Position numbers and translations under genes: made by a program. A stretch of DNA of 64,000 nucleotides, from positions 19,220,001 to 19,284,000 of the forward strand of contig OZ024747.1 in NCBI GenBank assembly GCA_964016885.1. The letters run 5' to 3'. This stretch comes from Eledone cirrhosa. Taxonomy: Eukaryota. This document shows positions 57,186 through 64,000 of the stretch, piece by piece; within the stretch, counting starts at the first letter, position 1, and every line of letters begins with the position of its first letter. The notes beneath the pieces were generated by a model that was given only the letters and a program-made list of their open reading frames with translations, searched no databases and was not told the origin of the DNA.

Positions 57186-57645
57186 TATATTTTTGCTATT
57201 CATTCACTAAATCTATATACACATATACAACTACATTCATATACACCTGCTGAAGGTGACAAACTATTTCAAAAACGAAAAGATATCTTACTTCTTTTTA
57301 TAGCATCTCATCAATTCTGGAAGAATGCCATTTTCTGTCAGTCAATTTTCAGCAGTTATATATACGTAGCACGCTTTTCAATTTACTCTTGTTCAGCAAC
57401 ATCACTTGAAATCTATATTTCACCTTCATCTGGAAATTTAGTGTCTTCTTAAAGACTTCAGGTGTTTTTATTTGGGATTTAAAAAAAAAATATTATTCGG
57501 ATATCTATGGCTTTGCTTAGTTTCGTCTTTAGAAAACTAAAATCAAATAATTCTTGGAACTAGATTCATGATATTTTCTGTTTTCTTTTCTGTAATGAAA
57601 TTTATTTTCGGCTTTCTCGGTCTTTTTTCTGTTGAATGTATGTTT

Positions 57646-57729
<84 letters not shown>

Positions 57730-57778
57730 AAACATACATTCAATATATATATATATATATAAAAAGTAAACATACATT

Positions 57779-57829
<51 letters not shown>

Positions 57830-57868
57830 GTAAACATACATTCAATATATATATATATATATATATAT

Positions 57869-57899
<31 letters not shown>

Positions 57900-57971
57900 T
57901 GAATGTATGTTTACTATATATATATATATATATATATATATTGAATATATATATATATTGAATGTATGTTT

Positions 57972-58105
<134 letters not shown>

Positions 58106-59887
58106 AATGTATGTTTACTTTATATATATATAAAGCAAAATCCAAAAGTGTTTGTTGAAGGCTGGAATAAACTCGTGAGTTCGGATACAGGTAATAGATT
58201 CAGACGTTTTCAATCATCAGGATAATCAAACTTACAGAACCTACAAACATTTAAGGATAGTATTACGATTATTTACAAGGAGGTTCCCTAAGATTCCAGA
58301 TTTTATCCCTCAATGCACATAAGCTAATTACCATTTTCTAAAATAGGTCTTAAATGTCAAATCTGAGACCAAACGGCCTCAGAAGAAAAATGTGATTTCA
58401 GCTATATTTTGATTCAATTGTTTTTTAATCAGTCGCATTTATGTCATCGGTATGTTTAAGCAGATCTTACCAAAGTTGTTCAACACAAAAAAAAACAAAA
58501 AAAAAAACACCATCAATAAGAAGAACAATCACAACAACTACACCTACAAAAAAAGAAATCTACCAAAACCAACAACAACAAAGAAGAGACCTAAAACTGC
58601 TACAGAAAAAAAAAGAGAATAAATAAAATAAGATAGATCCAACATAAAGCAAATAAGAAGACGATAACAATCGCAAAAACAACATCACCAGGAACGATTT
58701 ATTATCCGAAATAATGGACATTTTGACAATTCCCCCAAATTTGGTTTGCTTTTAAAAATATCGTGTTCTGATAAAAGACAAGACAAAGAAAGAGAAAACG
58801 GTATTTCAATTTCCTTCCTACTGTATAGATCGTAGTGACAAAAAAATAATAATTACAGTTTACCTACCGACATACACACATACACATACACACAAATTCA
58901 TGCACATACATGCACAGATACACGCACAGACACAGACACACACACATACACACACATACACACAAATTCATGCACATACATGCACAGATACACACACAGA
59001 CACAGATACACACACATACACACACATACACACCAACATACAGATACATGCACACGCACACATACATACACACACACACTGACACATATATACATACACA
59101 GATATACATACACAAACACGCACAGACACATGCACATAACACACACATACAGACGCGCAAACACAAACACACTCACAAACGCACACACATACACACCCAC
59201 AAACGCACACACAAGCACACACACACGCACACACACATACACACGCATATACACAACATATATACAAACAGGCACACATACATACACACACACACTTACA
59301 CAAACACACTAAAACACACACACAAACACACGCACATACACACAAACATACGCACATACACACATACATACCCTCAAATACACACACAAACACACACACT
59401 CACACACACACACACACACACACACATACATATATATATATACACACACACACACACAAACACACACATAAACACACACACACGCACACTCACGCACACA
59501 TACAAACACACACACACTAAAACACAGACAAACACGCATACACAGATATAAATATATATATATATATACACACATATATATATATATGCACACACTCAAC
59601 ACACACACAAACACACACACACACTAAACACACACATACACGCCCACACACGTATATATATATATATATATATACACACACTCAAACACACACATAAACA
59701 CACGCACACGCACATACACACACACACACACACATATGTATATATATATATATATACGTGTGTGGGCGTGTATGTGTGTGTTTAGTGTGTGTGTGTGTTT
59801 GTGTGTGTGCGAGTGTGTGTGCGAGTGTGTGTGTTTGTGTGTGTATTTGAGGGTATGTATGTGTGTATGTGCGTATGTTTGTGTGTA

Positions 59888-59925
<38 letters not shown>

Positions 59926-60399
59926 TGCATACACACTCACACACACACACACACTCAAACACACACACTCAAATTAATCGCTTGAGCGAATCTTTGCCCT
60001 GATGTGTGTAGTATTGAAATATCGGTCTGCAGACAAGAAACAATATCCTTCTGTCTGTAAAGTCAAATAACGATTACAAGATGATATATGTATTTTTTTG
60101 AATATGTTTAGAGAACAAAGCATAATTCTATTTTGTTCACATCCAATCTTCCTCCCTTTCTTACTTTTACATCATCACGCCATCCAAATTTCCCGAATCT
60201 CCTCTCTTTCTCTCCCCCTCTCTATAAATATATATATATATCCAGGGAGTGTAACTTGGAGTTACTGTAGGTTCACCCGGGTGAGCACTCGATGTTTAGA
60301 TTCACTTCTGTGGTCGAGGTGTAGAGCTAGACAGAGTGTATTTTAGTAAAATAAAATAAAACAAGACGATTGGTTACTCTTTCATTACGTTTATTGGTT

Positions 60400-60484
60400 A
60401 GTGACGCGCATTTCGCCACTGATCAGCTCAAGGTTCGATCTGTATCGATCTAGCCCGACTCTGTAATCCGCGGCTCGTCAGACC
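60400..60484 (-). ncRNA. Type I hammerhead ribozyme (family H) in element 60241-60503
   Basis: Minus: GGU-CUGACGA-GCCGC...GUGGC-GAAA-UGCGCG-UC-ACU; stem I can extend via CAUUAC/GUAAUG (60494-99 / 60383-88). Confidence 0.72.
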
Positions 60485-60497
60485 CTTACAATGGTAA

Positions 60498-61185
<688 letters not shown>

Positions 61186-61340
61186 TATATATATATATAT
61201 ATCATTAGGGATTGTAACGTCCAGCTACTATAGGTTAGCCAGAGTGACCACTCGATACGTAGTTTCCAGTAGGTATATTGGTGTTGTACTAAGCAAAGGT
61301 GTAATACTATTAGCATATATATATATATATATATATATAT

Positions 61341-61695
61341 CCAAAAATCGGAATTAAGAGTATTCCGCAGTTCATTGTAATAATAATAATAATAATAATA
61401 GTATTATTAGCTCAAAGAAGAATAGAGAATTTCCTTCCGAGCTCAAATGTAAGTATATATTACACAAAGAGAAATGTGTTACACAGTGAGAAGTGTGTAA
61501 AGAATTATTACAAGTGATTCTACCGTTACTGTATAGGGAACAATATCTACAGGTAAGCAATTAAATAGAAAAAAACCAGATCAGAATCAAATCTCTGGAT
61601 TGGAATTTTAAATCACAAACCTTATAACTATATTTTGCTGATACGAACCTATACACACTTCTCACTGTGTAACACATTTCTCTTTGTGTAATATA
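61341..61695. mobile_element. Small (TA)n-embedded element with ~45-bp inverted repeat and one-sided tail
   Basis: 61455-61499 is the reverse complement of 61652-61696; no HHR seen. Confidence 0.55.
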
Positions 61696-61776
61696 TATAT
61701 ATATATATAATATAAAAGACGTAAAATAAGAACATTTAAAAAAAAATTAAAAAAAATTAACTTACTAAAATTTTCA

Positions 61777-61855
61777 CTCCAACTAATTAGTTTCTGCAAT
61801 GGGATAAAGACAGTTACGTAATAAACTGTTGAGAATTCATTGCCTCATCAGGGAG
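61777..61855 (-). ncRNA. Type I hammerhead ribozyme (family I) in 542-bp terminally redundant element 61708-62270
   Basis: Minus: CUCC-CUGAUGA-GGCAAUG...CAUUGCA-GAAA-CUAAUUAG-UU-GGAG; the 10.1-11.1 position is a G.A mismatch. Confidence 0.72.
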
Positions 61856-63226
61856 GTCTATTCTCAGCTAAGTCTCCAGGCAATGCGCGGACACTGGGGA
61901 CTCATATAAAAATAATAATAATTCGGTAAATGGAACAGCTAGCGGGGACTGGATTCCATGCACTGAAAATCTCGCTGTCACTGGTCAAATGGCAGATTCT
62001 AAAGAATCAATCACGTGACACTGAGGCTAGTCGGAAGGAGTGGGATGGTAAGATGACAGAAGCCTACTAACACACCAAAGAATTAGTAGTGGTTTTGGCA
62101 GGTTTGCTCGACAAATAAGTGATTTGGAGATAAATATAGAGAATTTAGTATATCTACTAACATACGCGTACAGATGTACGCTAATGCCAGCAAATACACA
62201 GGTTATGTCATAGTACCTAGGTGGTTCAATGCAGGAGGATGCAGAACAATAATATAAAAGACGTAAAATATATATCTAAAGTCTAAAGTCTGTCTTAAGC
62301 CAGAAGGCTCATTTGGTGTGAAACGACTGAGAATACAAGACTCTCCTCTGGACAGGACACCAGTCCATTGAAGGGTTAAACCTCCAGCTGTCATCAACGA
62401 CATACACGGCATAATTGAACATTACACATTAATTCAGAGCTTTTCACACTTTCTCATTCACACCTCCTACTGATCATACAGTTTGTTCGTTTCACCGGGG
62501 ACGTTAAGAACTTCCAATGGTTTTCGGGGCTTCTTTCAAACATCTTTCTGATGGTAACTAAGTACTTTATTCATCGCATGGGAACTTATATAACTTCATC
62601 CAGGCAAAGAAGGTTTTGTATTTGCTGCATAATTTCATTAAAACTATTTAAAAACTTCCCCAAGCCCGAAGGTTTATCAACACGGCGCTTATCTCCGGTT
62701 TTATATTTCATCAGCATTAAGTGACAGAGTGTCAAGACTCCCACGTGGAATTGCACCACATGGAATCCAACACACAACATTATGGTCGTAAGTTCAACAC
62801 CCTAATCGCTAGACCACGCGTCTTCATATAATGTTTAGGGAACAAAGCATAAATCTACTCTGGTGATATTCTATCTTCCTCACTCTCTCACATTAATACT
62901 AGCTCACCATCCGCTAGTTTACTAATATTTAAAATGTTCGTATTGCTTGCGATACAAGACATCGTTTGTTTTTCTATCAGAATTTTGGTTAAAAATATTC
63001 GTGTTAATAAAATGTATTTGCCTGTAGAAATTTGCAATTGTTTCTGTATATTTTCTTAATGTACATATTTCTGTCAGTTTTTTACCTGTCTTTCATTTCG
63101 CTATATATATCCTGTCGAAATGTTGGAGGCGAATATTACATTATTCTCCATGTTTTGAATGACTGGCGGTAAAACAACGAGATTAGCAGAAACAGAAGCA
63201 AGAACAGCAAGAACAGCAAGAACGGC

Positions 63227-63273
<47 letters not shown>

Positions 63274-63518
63274 AACACCAACAACACATATTTAATATAA
63301 TAATCCTACTTCCTTATGAACAAATTCCACACAAAAATCCGCTCAGTTCAGCAGAGTTTCCGATGAATCTTTTTGAAAACTTACGAGTGAACAAGCAAAG
63401 CGCACGTCTAAACGATAAATCAGAAGTAACAATCAAGACGTTGGCGTCGAAGTCGGCGACGGTGATGCTGTTGCTATACTGCTGCCGCCGCTACTGCTGC
63501 TGCTACTGTTACCACTGC

Positions 63519-63550
<32 letters not shown>

Positions 63551-63629
63551 ATGCTAAAATCGACAAAATAACAGCAGCAGTTATAGGAACTCTAATGAAA
63601 ATAATTCATACAAAACTCAGATCCCCCAC

Positions 63630-63661
<32 letters not shown>

Positions 63662-64000
63662 TTAAAATCCCAGGAAAATTTGAAGCAAGGCAACAAAAAA
63701 GTAAATACAAGGAAATCTAAGATGAGAATTGAAAGACGAAAAAAAAAAAAAAAAAAGAAAGCCAAGCAATATATGAAAAATATACATTTCTTTGCGCTAT
63801 ATCATTTCAGATTAAAATTATTCGATAGCATTTTGTCAAGGATTTCAAATCCCCCACACCAAACACACACAGATATTCAAGAGAAAACTGTATGAGAAGT
63901 ATCATATTGTAAGATACTATTTAATCTGACACTTACAAGCAAACCTACTTTACTATATATTTATTTACATTATATATATATATATATACACACACACACA

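Noticed and set aside
58195-58230. Minus-strand CTGATGA-TT-GAAAACGTC
   Set aside because: Stem II is absent and stem I does not pair next to the core; possibly a decayed HHR, not counted.

Overview
AT-rich, microsatellite-saturated animal genomic DNA with no host protein-coding gene I can support. The SINE/LINE/microsatellite mix is most consistent with an octopus or other cephalopod intronic/intergenic region (inference). Almost all ORF-track entries are translations of simple repeats. Real coding content is all transposon: (1) an intact R4/Dong-type non-LTR retrotransposon (34797-38447; RT + CCHC + restriction-like endonuclease) with two 5'-truncated copies stacked in (TAA)n; (2) two decayed Penelope-like elements (963-1980 minus; about 19990-24125 plus); (3) an R4 fragment, L1/Tx1-like and RTE-like fragments, a hAT MITE, a pogo/Tigger deletion derivative and more than a dozen tRNA-derived SINEs. 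The main hidden signal is RNA structure. Reading both strands I find about 20 type I hammerhead ribozyme (HHR) motifs with complete cores, from at least 8 sequence families, nearly all in small (TA)n-embedded fold-back elements. These include a 310-bp head-to-head retrozyme-like array, a Penelope family with the rare U3-A8 core covariation, and a shared ACTC...GAGTRCT 3'-tail motif. The R4 element's 5' UTR can be folded into a nested double pseudoknot with HDV-ribozyme strand order but non-canonical features, a candidate new ribozyme variant. All folds were derived by eye and none has been tested.
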